Part shown: piece by piece, positions 48,347 through 61,341 of the stretch
Numbering within the stretch: the stretch's first letter is position 1
Layout: each line of letters begins with the position of its first letter
Assembly: GCA_043228905.1 (NCBI GenBank)
Contig: JBHGNT010000008.1
Location: 620,001-684,000, forward strand
DNA: 64,000 bases
Origin: Azolla caroliniana
Lineage: Eukaryota > Plantae > Polypodiophyta
Direction: 5' to 3'
The notes under the pieces: generated by a model
What the model saw: only the letters and a program-made list of their open reading frames with translations
Told to the model about the DNA's origin: nothing
Databases searched by the model: none
Made by a program: the position numbers and the translations under genes

Positions 48347-51300
48347 GAATTCACGATTGAGGAGTCCGTCAACAAGCTATTAACGATTAAGGAGGCAGGA
48401 GTGGAAGGTGCGTGGGTATCCTTTCATAAATGGTGGTATAATGTTAAAATAGATAACATATTGCAGGATCAAGAGGCTAGTATGGTTTTTACGGCAATAT
48501 TTCCAAGTTTGAGGAAGGAGTGGAGGAATGTATTGCCTTGCATTGGGGCTTTGTTAGGTAAAGTTATTGCCACGCGTGATGGACAGGCTCATGGGACAAA
48601 TAGAATGGGAGGGGTACCAGCGGTTCGGTTGATCGCACCAAGATCCGTTCGTCTGCCGGTAACTATATCCTTACCTAATTTACTTTTAAATAAACCATCG
48701 GTTGTGCAAAAGGTATATTATCAAGGACTGCCTGATCAATGTTTTGTGTGCTGTCAATTTGGTCATTTAGGTCAAGATTGTCATAAGCGACGTACGTACA
48801 AGGAGGCCCAGCCACCTAATCAACCAGATGTTAATTATGATGGCTGGTCTACAGTTTCTAATAAACATGTTTTTAAACCGTCTAGTACGATGGTTAATCC
48901 AATGTTACTACTTGAAGCTAATCCTTATCAGTCTTTGCAGGAAGTGGACAAAGATGCGGGGATTAGTATAATGGAGGTGGGGTTTGCCATTCCAAACTCC
49001 ACAAAGGAAGATCGGGTGGAACAAAATTCGCAAGACATACTTTTGAAGGAGGTGGAAAAGGATGTGAGTAATGTTAAAATGGTACAACCTCGTGTGGCAC
49101 AAAAGTCCAAGGACATCCTTGCACATGTACAACCTTTGGAATTGGTTAATAAAGTTAATAATCAACTTAATAAGGGTAAACAACAAGTTGTTGATCATGT
49201 ACAACAATCTGATAAGCCATTAAGCTTGACTGGATTTCAACAAACTGAAGTGGGTAAGCTAGACATTGCTGATGCTAACATGAATTGTGAGGCTTTAGTT
49301 GTTTTCACTATAGAGGATAGGTCTTCTAATAGGGTAGATAAACACATGCCAGTGCGGTCACATAAGTTGATAGGGAAAGACATATGGTCTAATAGGAGAC
49401 AATTACAGGCCTCAGAGGATGGAAGAAAGGGTAGAGATGTTGCACTTGCCGAAAAGAGAATAGGAGGAAAAAATATGAATGATGGATAGGTTAAATATTA
49501 TATCATGGAATGTTCGAGGTTTAGGAGGTAAAAATTGTTGTAAAGTAAGGAGTGTTTTCCGTCATCAGTTGAAGAAGTCTTTGGTAGGTAGGATTGATGT
49601 TCTTTTGATTCAAGAACATCATTTAAATGAACAACGGATTCAGAAATATGGAAATCTGTTGCCAGGTCAATGGAGGCAGCTTTGGGTGCCTGCAATTGGT
49701 GATAATAGGCTAAAAGTTGAACTCTGGATAGCAATAAACGATACCTGTTTGTTCTCGTTTTTACATTATGGAGTCTTGTCATGTAGTCGAGGTCAATATG
49801 CAATTTTTCAAATAGGTTTGAAGAAGTGGGGTTTATTGAATATTTATGCTCCGAATAATGCAAGAGATAGAAAGATACTTTGGAAGAGCATAATTTCACA
49901 GTTACCCATTGTGGATCATTGGGCGATTGCAGGTGATTTTAATATGTTAGAGGATGTGGGTGATAGGGTTGGAGGAAGGTCACATACAGTAGCTGGTTCA
50001 GAATTATATGAATGGGAACGACTGACTTTTTCTTTGGGATTAACAGATTTGTGGCATGTATCTTCCTTTGTAAGGCTACAGGATTCTTTAGAGTACTCCA
50101 GATCAGATAGAAGAGAGGTACATACTAATTTGTCTAGGTTAGATAGATTTTATGCTGATAAGTTTATATGGGACAAAGGAGGCTACATTGGACTTTTACC
50201 TTCCTTTTCCTTTTCTGATCATGCACCACTTCGTATAATTATAGTTTTACAAGAACACTATAAAACTTCTAGATTTTGAATTCCGAATCATGTGTTTCTT
50301 AGACAAGATTGTGTTCCTATTGTACATAATATTTAGAATAAGTATGTCTATTCTTATGATTATGCATTATCTGGTGTTCAAAAGGCTATAATTAGGGAAA
50401 TACAACAATTTTTTCAGTATAAGGCCAAACAAGTAGTTCAGTCGTCTTTCACAAAAATAGGAAGACTTCGTAGGGGATTGAGGTCCTTACAACATTTGCA
50501 AGAGAGAAGGCCATATTCGACATATATAAGTTCTAGAGTGATACAAGTAGGAAACCAGATATTAGAACTACAAAATGTTTATGCAGAATTTACTTACCAC
50601 AATATAGCATCTGAATGGGTAGAGTCAGAAGATAAAGTAAATAAAATGTTTTTTAAAATACACAATTACCATAAGTCGACGGCTAGGATTTCCCAGTTAA
50701 AATGTCTGGATGGCTCTTATACCAATGATCCTAGTCAGATGCGGCAAATAGCCTCTCAATATTATGACAATTTGTTGAAGGCTCAATCCTTTTCTACTGA
50801 CGATTTGTCTAAACGAGATATTATATGGTCGAGGATTCAACATAGAGTGTATGTTCAACTTTCCGAATGTCTTTTGCAACCATTAAGTCCTCAAGAGGTT
50901 TTTAAAGCAGCAAAGTCCTTAGCAAAGGATGTTTGTCCTGGATTGGATGGGTTGGGGGTCCAATGGTATTTACAATACTGGGATTTGATAGGTGAGGGAC
51001 TAATTAAAGCTTATCAACAGGTTTTAGATTCCGGATATATGCCCCAAGAATAGAATGACGGTTTAATCTACATGATTCCCAAATCCAGTGGTCAATTAGA
51101 GGAGCTTCAGCATTAGAGGCCAATTACTTTGTTGAATGTATTATTTATAAGATATTAGCCAAAACGTTAGCTAGATGGTTACAACCTTATCTTTCTGAAT
51201 TGATTCATGATTCTCAGACAGGTTTTATACAAGAGTGAAGTATTTTTGATAATATTATTCTTTTTTGGGAAATGGTAGCTTTTGCTGAAGGGCAAAATCA

Positions 51301-52354
51301 AGAGTTGGCAGTGCTATTTCTGGATTTCGAAAAAGCTTATGATAGAGTGGATTGGAATTTCATGGAGGGTACTTTGCTTAAGATGGGTTTTCCAAACAGA
51401 TGGATACGAGGAGTTTCAGCATTATATCGTAATGCACATAGTTCGGTTTTATTTGCAGGGGATATTGGTAGGCGTTTCTCTATTTCAAGATCAGTAAGAC
51501 AAGGATGTCCACTTGCTCCTTTTCTGTTTTTATTAGTATCTGAAGCGTTTTCTATACACTTAAATTCTCAGCATGTTAATATCAAAGGTCTAGCATTTCC
51601 ATTTGCAGATGTTGGTGTTGATAGTGAGTTTGCTAATGATACAGCTCTTTATATTCACGCCTCACAATTTAACTTGTTGCAGGTTCAAAAAGTTGTGGAT
51701 GACTTCGCAAATGCATCGGGTGCGTTGATCAATTGGGATAAATCATCAGGTTTTTGGGTGGCTTCGGGAAATCCTCCATTTAATGCTCCTAGCGCAGGTT
51801 TCACATGAATTCCTAAAGGGCAGTCCATTAGGTATTTAGGATGTAGAGTAGGGTTAGGAGTAAAGGTAGACGATATGATTGCGCCCTTATTGTTAAGATT
51901 AAGAAATAAGCTCATATATTAGAATAAGGAAAAGTTATCCTTAGCAGGACGTGTAGTTGTTGCTAATTCCGTGCTTTTGTCCTCAATTTGGTATATAGCG
52001 TCTACATGGTTGTTCTCTAGATCAATAATGCTTAAAGTTCAACGGCTAGTGCGGAATTTTATTTGGGGAAATGATACAGTACACAATACTATAGCAAAGG
52101 TAGCTTGCTCGGTTCTTATACAACCCAAACAAAAAGGAGGTTTAGGTTTGATTGATCCTTTTATGCAAAGTAAAGCATTACTTGTTAAACATGTTGTTAG
52201 GTGTTTATTGCCAAGCCAGGAGTTATGGAAAAAGTTTTGGATGTGTCATTTATATAAATTTAAACCATCGGTTGGTGGTCAATGGTGTGATAGTCTTAGA
52301 TGGTTCTTTAACTCGGATTTTCCGTTGTCTAAATCGACAGTTGGGTCTTTACGT

Positions 52355-53082
52355 TGTCGTAGTGTATTTTGTACACTACGTGAAAAACGTATATAGTATT
52401 AGATTCAATAAAAAATGAAGAAATAGAAGAAAATAGCAAAATAAATGAAACATGCATAGGGCAAGATTCGAACCTTGCACCTCCATGTTAATAATGTAAT
52501 GTCTTACCATTACACTAGCATTTCATTAGTGTTAAAGCATAGATGTCCCACATAGAAAGGTAAATTCACGCTAGGATAAACATTAGAAAAACACATAACA
52601 AAAGAAAAAGCTACACATACACATCTAGCGTGCATGATAAAAAACGCACAAGTTAGAAAAAGCATGATCACTTTAGATAAAGCATATAGTCTATCTATAG
52701 GAAAAGCATGGGGTCTATAGTTAGAGAAAAAGCATGGATTACTAAGACTTCCTCATCACTACATAAGGATGGGAAGCACAATGTAATTGTGTGTGAAAAA
52801 TATTTGGAAACTAGATATGTTTCTAAAAAACACCAATTAATAAACTATACTCGTGGGATTCACGAGAATTCTATATCATTCTCTTTTAACCGAAGTTTAT
52901 ATTCTTATATTCATATTGATTAATCTAATACAATACACTCGTGGGATTCACGAGTTTGCTATAACTCTTTCTTACAACATATTTATATTCTTATTAGCCT
53001 TAAAACTCTCCTCTTCCTAGTCCAAAACCCCAGCGGTTCCCACCCGACTCACGCAAACGATCCGGAGCCGAAAGGCACGACA
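52355..53082 (+). mobile_element. Phygy-type solo LTR inserted in L1 ORF2, 4-bp TSD ACGT
   Basis: TGTCGT...ACGACA ends; ACGT at 52351-52354 and 53083-53086; removing it restores VGSLR|FFNGILRAWE. Confidence 0.9.
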
Positions 53083-55059
53083 ACGTTTTTTTAATGGAAT
53101 TCTAAGGGCATGGGAAAGTATTCGTCGAGCACTTGTTTTCTTGCCACCAAAAACATATCATCAATTAATGCGTCAACCGTTGTTATGGAATCCTTTGTTT
53201 ACTGATGAAGCGGCATGTGTTTTGGGTTTATGACCTAGGTTATCTTGGGCGGCAATGGATAACGGACCAGCTCATACGGTTGCGGATTGGATTAATTTCC
53301 TGCAGACTTCAGTGCAAGACCAAAAGACTAGGGTGTCTAATTTCAGAGGGGCAAACATTATGCTCTCTCAAGTGTCAACGGTGTACCAGGTAACACTAGC
53401 AACTTTGCGTTTTCGTCATTTTCTGAATTGGTATGGTATGTTTTCGAGACTGAATATACTTATAGGAGCTCGTTTTTATACCAAAATGGTAGCCTCTACT
53501 TTTATGAAGTTTTGGATAATGGTAGGTTGTTGTGAGTGGAGGGTGAGTCTTCAATTATGTCTTCTACCAAGCTGCTGCTAGTGAGAGTAATTGCTAGGTT
53601 AGATAAAAAGATATTTATAGATCCTAATCCATTAATTGCTAAGTATTCATCTCATATGTGGGTTTTACACTCTAGACCAATTGTTGATCTGCAATGGGAT
53701 CCATTAGATTATGGTTGGAAGTTACCCATGTCTAACAATACGCAAGAGAAAGTTCTTCCATTTTTCGCATATTCTGTGTCATTGGGCAGAAAGGTTTTGT
53801 TAAAAAAGATAGAGTCAATTCCTGCGGGGAAAAAATATTGGGAGGAAGGTATGGTGTCATCTTCATATATGTTGAAGTTCTGGAAACAGTTTTGGTCACT
53901 TAAATGTATGAACAAGGTATTGCACTTTCAATGGTTAATGATTAATTATGCATTGCCAGTAGGAGCTTTATTGAGGGGAACAGTACCTGATCGATCATGT
54001 GGTAGGTGTGGTTTTGCATCTGAGACATTGCATCATGCTTTTTGGGAATGTGTTACGGCCAAATGTTTTTGGTCTCATATTCTTAGGCTTGTAGGTCGTA
54101 AGTATAGGGCTACTAAATTCACATGGGGTACAATCTTTTGTGGTACGTTGGCTCAAGAAACTATTTTTTATCATCATCATAATTCATCGTTGACTTTACA
54201 TGTGAAAAGTTTTCAGGTGTACATTACAAATAGCTCCTTGCAGGGAGTCAAGTTCTTTTCCAGTTGTTATGTTTGGAACATTATTTCCTCTTTGGCCTTA
54301 TGGATTATTTGGAAAGCAAGGTGTTCTGAAACATATAATGATGAACAAACTAATGTTGTGGATCAAGTTAAATCTTTCTGGGAATTATTGGTAAATACGG
54401 TTAAAGGTGAATATGATAGTTATAAGGGTTTTGGAAATGTGCCTAACCAGAAAAGAAAGAGAATTAGAAGAGTCTGGTCAACTATTCCTATTTTCTTGGA
54501 TGCTGCAGGTGAAGATGTAAAGTGGAATTATGTTCCACCTCGGTGGTTATTTACGCCACTAGCGCCATTTATATTGAATACAATATGATTAAATAGGAAG
54601 TCCACATTAATTTGTCATTAGGTCAGTAGTGCATTAAGTTTGTTTGTAGTCATGGAAGTATTTATAGTTGGTAAGGATGAATGATGGTGTTGACGGCGGG
54701 TTGAAGTACATTTTTAGGAGGGGATGCACACAATACATTTACGCTATTGTTGTTTGTACAGGTTTTAGGTGGTGAACGAACATATGGTTGATGTAGAAAT
54801 GAAGCACATTGTTGATGTGGAAAATGAAGGGGATTAGGAGGAGTCATTACAGGTTCGAAATGGTATAAATCGAGATGGGTGATGAGGTATTGAAGCAATT
54901 TGTCTAGTTTTTAGAGACAAGAGAATCATGGTGGTGTTGCGGGCTAAAGTAAGGTTTGATGAGGGGGGGGGTTGTATTTTCATTATGATGATTCATGATG
55001 GCGGTGAGAATTGAAGCCTCATGTTTCCCGTGAAGAGAGGACAAGTGAAGATGGTGCGA

Positions 55060-55830
55060 TGACAGAAGTATATCATGGTGGAGATGGGGAAATTATTTAC
55101 ACCTAATTTTTTGTTGTTTTTTTACAGGCCCTTCATGGTAAGCGGTGAGATGTTTGATGGGACTGAATGAAGCAGTTTTTTCTGTGATAAGGATGAGTGA
55201 AGATGAGGGGGGGGGGGGGGGGGGGGTTGAAGCAGAATAGCATGAGTGGGTGAGGAAACATTTACACTAATTTCTGTTGCTAATACAGGATTTTAGTGCA
55301 CATTGGCAAATTGCTTAGCGGCAAGATGGTTGTGTAGACTGAATGAAGAAATTCAATTTTTTTTATGATAAGGATGAGTGAAGATGATGGGGGGGTCGAA
55401 GCCGACTATGATGCGTGGGTAAGGAAACTTGTAAAATGTTTTTGTATTGTTAATACAGGTTTTGCGTGGACATTGGCAAGATGCTAATCGACGAGATGGC
55501 TGATGTGGACTGAAGGAAGAATTTTTATGAGATACGGATGAGTGAAGATGGTGGGGGGGTCGAAGCCGACTATCACGAGTGGGTGAGGAAACTTTTATAC
55601 TAATTTCTGTTCATTATGTAGGATTTTAGTGGACATTAGCAAGATGCTGCAAGATGCTAATCGCCGAGATGGCTAATGTGGACTGTATGAAGAACTTTTC
55701 TATTATAAGGATGATTGAAGATGGTGGGGGGGGTCGAAGCATACTTCGTGAGTGGGTGAGGAAATCTTTAGACTAATTTCTTGTTGTTAATACAGGATTT
55801 CCATGGACATTGGCAACATGCCAAGATGGT
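55060..55830 (+). repeat. Tandem array of 4-5 diverged ~170-185-bp units with G-tracts, downstream of L1 ORF2
   Basis: GGATGAGTGAAGATG-G(n)-GAAGC...GAGTGGGTGAGGAAA...ACAGG...GGACATTGGCAA recurs at ~55190, 55370, 55535 and 55710. Confidence 0.85.
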
Positions 55831-55879
55831 ATACAAAGAGTCTAACAAACAATCTCTACATGAATTCACCAAAAGGATG

Positions 55880-56278
55880 GTTTTATTTCAACTACATATA
55901 GATGGAAGTGTTTTTGTAACACATGGTGGAGTTGAGATGGGACAGGGATTGCATACCAAAATTGTATAGATTGCGATTACTTTATTTAGTAGTCCTTTGA
56001 GTTCACTATTTATCTCTGAGACAAGCACATAAGGTTCCAAAGGCTTCTCCAACAACAGCTTCAGCAAGATCGGACTTGTATGGTCAGGCAGTTTTAAATG
56101 CATGTGAAGAAATAAAGTCTCGCAGGAAGATTGTGGCTGAGAAGGGAACGTTTTCATCAGTCGCAAAGTTGGCGAGTGCTTGATATTTCCAATGTATTGA
56201 TCTGTCAGCTCATGGATTTTATGTTACTCCTGATATTGTATTTGTTTGGAGCATTGGCAAAGGAAAACCCTTCAACCA
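55880..56278 (+). pseudogene. XDH: Intronless xanthine dehydrogenase fragment (molybdopterin-binding domain)
   Basis: [24 protein letters not shown]...FISETST / KVPKASPTTASARSDLYGQAVLNAC...IDLSAHGFYVTPDI...GKGKPF, with stops and a frameshift. Confidence 0.88.
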
Positions 56279-56499
56279 AAGGAAATGGTTCACTTGAAAA
56301 TGGGTGGTAACAAGTACCATGACTGAGGTGGAAAGAGGAAGCATTAGGTTTGTGTTTACAGACGTTGGAATTTGGTGGTAACCAAATGTGGAAAGAGGAA
56401 GTAAGATGATTGATGTGTTTACATACGTGCATAAGGAACGTGGTTGTCTTGAAGAAGCACAGAATGTATGATTCGACTTCAAAACTGACATGTAGAGGC

Positions 56500-58308
56500 A
56501 TGGAATACATTGTTCTCTACCTTGGAAGCTGTTTATAGAATAATTTTCAGATTAGTTGTCTATTTTCCTCTATTTTGGAGTTCAAAGTTTTGTTTCCTCA
56601 ACCATCATCTTATAAAGATGAGTTGGGGAAAATTTTGTATGTTGTAGTTTTTATGACTTTTCTAAAAACTAATGGAAGTATATTTTCTTTTGGAAAAACT
56701 TATTCCAACCTTTTGGATACCCAATCAATAAGTTTTGCATGACAAACTTCCACCCCAATTGGATATCCAAGGTGACAACAAATCATACCACGATCTACTA
56801 TCCTTCATGGCCACCCCAACCCTAACACATCATCGGTTTATAAATGAGAAATACAAGACCAAAACCCATATGAGACATCAATTGGTTTATAAATGACCAA
56901 TCCACATTATCATAGGCTTTCTCAATATCCAATTGTAACAACACTAATTCTTGTTTAGAATCCTTTGCATAGTCAATTGCCATTTGAACATTTAAAATAT
57001 TATGTAAAATGTCTCTTTTTGCTAAGAACCCATATTGAGCAAAAAACTTATGTAGTCTATTGGCCATAACTTCTGCAAAAAACTTATACATTCCCCCATA
57101 AATGAAATAGGCCTCCCCTACGCAAAGGAAGATGAAGATAATCGATCGTATCTATCACAAATTTTTGGCGATTAACTTCGGTAACAATCGTTTTGTAAAG
57201 AAGTAAAACATTGAGAAATCGATGAGGCAGATTTGGAATCTGCTTCTAGATAGTTCGAGTCGTGGGGGGGGTTCAAACAAAGTTTGCTTCACTAATAGGT
57301 TTGCGATTCGACTTCGACCGATACGGCGGGGAGATGGAGAAGGCAACTTCTGCAAAATCTTTATCAAACCAATCTCCAAGAAGGAGGCATTTCCCCTTAT
57401 GTCCACACCTTTTGAAATAACATCGTAAAAGGTAAGAGCGTAAAATGCCCCTTTGACTTAATTACATATTTCTTAAAGAATTCATTTGTTAATCCATCTC
57501 ATCCAGGACTCTTATCATTAGCAACATGTGACATGACGTGTTCCACCTCATCCTTTAAAATATTAACATCGAATGATTGTGCCACATCATGTGATGAATG
57601 ATTTTTCACTCCATTAAAAAATACATTAGAGTCTATTCTTTTTTACATTATCATCAATACACACTTGTACATCCAACAATTGTGTATAATATTCTATGCA
57701 GTTCTTCACAATTTCTTGAGAGTCGAACCACATTATACCATTTCCCTCTAACCTTACCACATTATGTCATGCATGTGATTCATGAAGATCAACCCTAAAC
57801 TTATGTGATTGACAATTAGCATCCCCCACTTCTTGCCTTAGACGATGTAGTCTAGCATGTTGATAATTTTTCGTCATAAGATCATGCATCGCAGAAATTA
57901 ATACCTGATATCCCATCAACTCTACATCTATTGGCCAATAAGTTAACACTGAGTTACATTTATGAAGCAAATTAACTAGGAGAATTAATTTCTTTCTCCT
58001 TTTAAAAGCATGCTCAATTCCATAATATCTAGTGAACTTCTGAACATTTGCAACAAACACTTCCTACGTGTTATACCCATAAAATTGAACACAATAAGCA
58101 AATGCAGCAATCAGTTGACACATATAGGCCTAGAATACCTCATGATGACCCCATGGTGTATTCCGATGGAATTTGTTTGTTGAATCATTGTTATCTTCTC
58201 CATAAATACATTATACCCAACATTCTTATTAAATTTCTTCGTCGTTCCAAAAACTATTAACCATTTTCCTTCATTCTCTAGAGTCTTTCCATCCTTGTCA
58301 TTCACAAT
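56500..58308 (-). mobile_element. Highly decayed L1 ORF2 fragment with an unassigned ~300-bp insert (~57125-57440)
   Basis: NDKSPG*DGLTNEFFK, AQYGFLAKRDILHNI and LQLDIEKAYDNVDW. Confidence 0.75.
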
Positions 58309-58338
58309 CTCTCTTCATCTCTCTCTCTCTCTCTCTCT

Positions 58339-60694
58339 AATCTTCAACCGCGCCCTCGCAGAGTGTTTTCCACCACAATGAACCATGAACACAGTGGCCC
58401 CTATATATAAAGGAAGGGACCCAATGGACCCAAATACATATAGAACCATTATGATAGGTCATACGCTCGCTAAACTATATGGTGCAATAATGGAAGCAAA
58501 GCTCAACGATTATATGGAAACATTAAACCTTCGAGCACCTGAGCAGACTGGCTTGAGACGAGCCTTCTCCACTATTGACCATATCTTCACACTTAGTTGC
58601 TTAATTGACCAGACGAAGGCTCGTAAGAAGAAACTATATTGTTGCTTTGTGGACTTCCACAAAGCCTTTGACACAGTTCCTAGGGAGAGGTTGTTTGATA
58701 GACTTAACAGCTTGGAGAAGCCAAATGACATGATCTAGGCCATTTATGCTCTATATGAGCAAGTCTATCGGTGCGTAAGATGACCATCTGGCCTATCCGA
58801 TTGCTTCACCAAGCACCATTGGTGTAAAACAGGGTTGCCCCTATCACCGACTCTTTTTGGGATCTACATTGATGAGATCACTGATTTTATTGTTCGTAAG
58901 GGAGGCAATGGAGTAGCTATTCGGGGTACTCAAGTTAGTCTCCTACTCTACATAGACGACATCGTCCTGCTCTCGGAGTCTGAACACGACCTACAAAAGC
59001 ATCTTAATCCCCTAGATGACTTTTGCACACAATGAGGATTGGTAGTGAATCTAGCGAAAACTAAACTCCTTATCTTTCATACATCGTCCCGAGTTAGGAA
59101 TAAATATCACCTAATCCTCTCTCATAAACCAGTTGAGGTAGTTGGATCATATGTATACTTGGGAGTCACTTTTAGTGCTCGTTCAGGTAAATTCTCAATG
59201 ACCCAAGCAGCCAAAGATAGGCTAACGAGAGGGTATGCATCCCTCTCACTCTTAGAGAGACAATGCCACCAGACATACTTTCAAGAGCCACAGACTGAGG
59301 GATGGCTCTTCAACTCATTATTGACCCCTTCCCTCATGTATGCATCACTAGTATGGGCTCCAGGTCTACCATCTTTCATGTGGAGGCAATTAGAGAGACC
59401 TTTGGTGACTATGATATCACGTCAACTCCGAAGCAAGTCGACAATACCACATGACATTATTAGAGCAAAGTTCAATTTGCCCCCAATGTTAGTAGATGCA
59501 CTTTTCCAACTAGTAGTTTTTATTCATCGGATAAATAGCCAACCACAAGATAGGATCTCTTGTCGAGCCTTTGAGGCATCCCGATCTCTATATGCGTCTA
59601 GAGACACTAGCTCTTGGTATAGCACTATAGTGAGTTGGTTACTTGCAAATGGCATAGACATTAATAACCTACCTCCCCTTAAGTACAACCATGGGACTGA
59701 TCAAACTTTAATATCTCATGAAGACCGTAATAAAGTAATACGCCAAGAAATATGGCAAATTTACACCCGATATACATGGATCACCCCACGAGAGCCACCC
59801 CCATCTAAAATTTTGTACTATAAGGAACACTTCATGCACTTCTCTAAGTTAGGTTTTATTACACGACCAAGATATCTAGATACATTCTTATCAAATGCAC
59901 TAAGGGTGTCCATTGGACAACTTAGGAGATCATCTCACCAACTTGAGATTGAGAATGGTCGTGCTAATACAGTCCTTAGAGAGGAAAGGTTATGTAGATT
60001 ATTTCACATAGAGCTAGAGGATGAGTATCACTTACATGCAAGTGTCCAACCTATGTTGATATAAGGGCGGAATACCAAGACGTATTATGACCCTCTCCCA
60101 TCCTCTCCAAACTATTAGATACCCCGTATATAAAGGGACTAGGTATGTATATCTTAGAGTTAAAACAACATAGGGAGAATAGGCTACAAAGAGTTAACCA
60201 TAACCCTTTTAATATTCATCAACATGAAGTAGTGTAACTTTTCAGGAACAAGGGGGGACGATGAATGTGGATACACTTACACCACTTGGCCTCTCTCTTG
60301 AGGAAATAGAAATGCAAAGAACAACCAAACGCCCTCGGATGTTGGGCTTCAAAACAACTTGACATGGCGTAGAAACGATTAAGAAAATAAGGGAATGTGA
60401 GCTACGCCGACTAGAATTTATGGTTGGGGTACCTTTTACATTGGGATCATGGGGGGTCATATCCACATCGAAACCCTTTGACCTCCTGCTTCTTTTCGAG
60501 AGACTTGGATGGAAATGAAACTAGGCCTAGTATAAAGTCATTTCATTGCAGAACATGTTTATTATTTTACTAAAACTATTTAGCTTAAGCTCTATTTTTA
60601 TTTTATTTTATTTTTACTTTCAATGAATGGGTAAATATCCCATTTAATTGTAAACCAATTGTCTCATGGGCCAATTTTGGCCTTACAAGACATT

Positions 60695-60737
<43 letters not shown>
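58339..60737 (+). mobile_element. 5'-truncated RTE-like LINE with terminal stem-loop and (CT)n tail, flanked by (CT)n on both sides
   Basis: PIYKG.DPMDPNTYRTI, CFVDFHKAFDTVPR, GVKQGCPLSPTLFG and YIDD motifs; (CT)n at 58309-58338 and 60701-60737. Confidence 0.9.
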
Positions 60738-60739
<2 letters not shown>

Positions 60740-60742
<3 letters not shown>

Positions 60743-61341
60743 GGTGAAAACACACAATTATATTGATAAATGTGTGTAAAAAACACTACTTACAATGGGT
60801 GTGACCATGAAGTATGGTCACCCACTAACTACACTACACTACATGGGTAATGGAACATGTTGAATTGCCAATAAGCAAGACGAACATTCCACCGAGGAAC
60901 GGATTTCCACTTGCTCCAATAAAGAAAATTTCCACATTAGTACTCCCTTCAACTTTCATAGATATGCTTTCACTCCATGTCTACCATCGAATAGAAAAGC
61001 GTTGTGCATATTCCAATTATGATGCAATCCCCAATATCTCAAAAATAGAAAAACAATCTCCATCTCTAACTTTGGGTCCACCTATGTAAATTGTGCAAAC
61101 ACCCACTGTCTAGGTGTCAAATAACACCGTGATAAAACTTGCCAAATTTGAGAAATGTAACTCCAAATTTGAGAAGCAATCGGGCATTGTATAAATCGAT
61201 GAGTATTATCTTCCATTTGAACAGTGCAAAAAAAAGCAAATCCCAAAGGCAATCCTCTAATCAAAACTCTCCAAATGAAGACCTTTGCTACAAGTGGCAA
61301 TTTAGAATCCCAACTGCGTTGTAAGATTTGCCACCACCCGT
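60740..61341 (-). mobile_element. L1 3'-end fragment (zf-RVT)
   Basis: KLPLVAKVFIWRVL..GLP...CTVQMEDNTHRFIQCPIASQIW. Confidence 0.75.

Larger units (their letters stand above)
42510..54588 (+). mobile_element. L1-clade LINE: ORF1 (42510-42880 plus 48347-49489) and ORF2 (49479-54588; APE endonuclease, RT, zf-RVT), decayed and interrupted twice
   Basis: ORF1 knuckle CFVCCQFGHLGQDC. ORF2 has ISWNVRG, LIQEH, NIYAP, GDFN, SRLDRFY, SDHAP, LDFEKAYDRV, VRQGCPLAP, FAND and C..C...ETLHHAFWEC. Confidence 0.92.

Noticed and set aside
25650-52520. Genuine tRNA genes at 25650, 31820 and 52460
   Set aside because: Acceptor and anticodon stems are not formed; only the A/B boxes and T/D arms persist. Treated as tRNA-derived modules.
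57450-58300. Possible hAT transposase or novel ORFs
   Set aside because: Another minus-strand frame gives L1 ORF2 motifs (KSPG*DG..EFFK), which explains the region.
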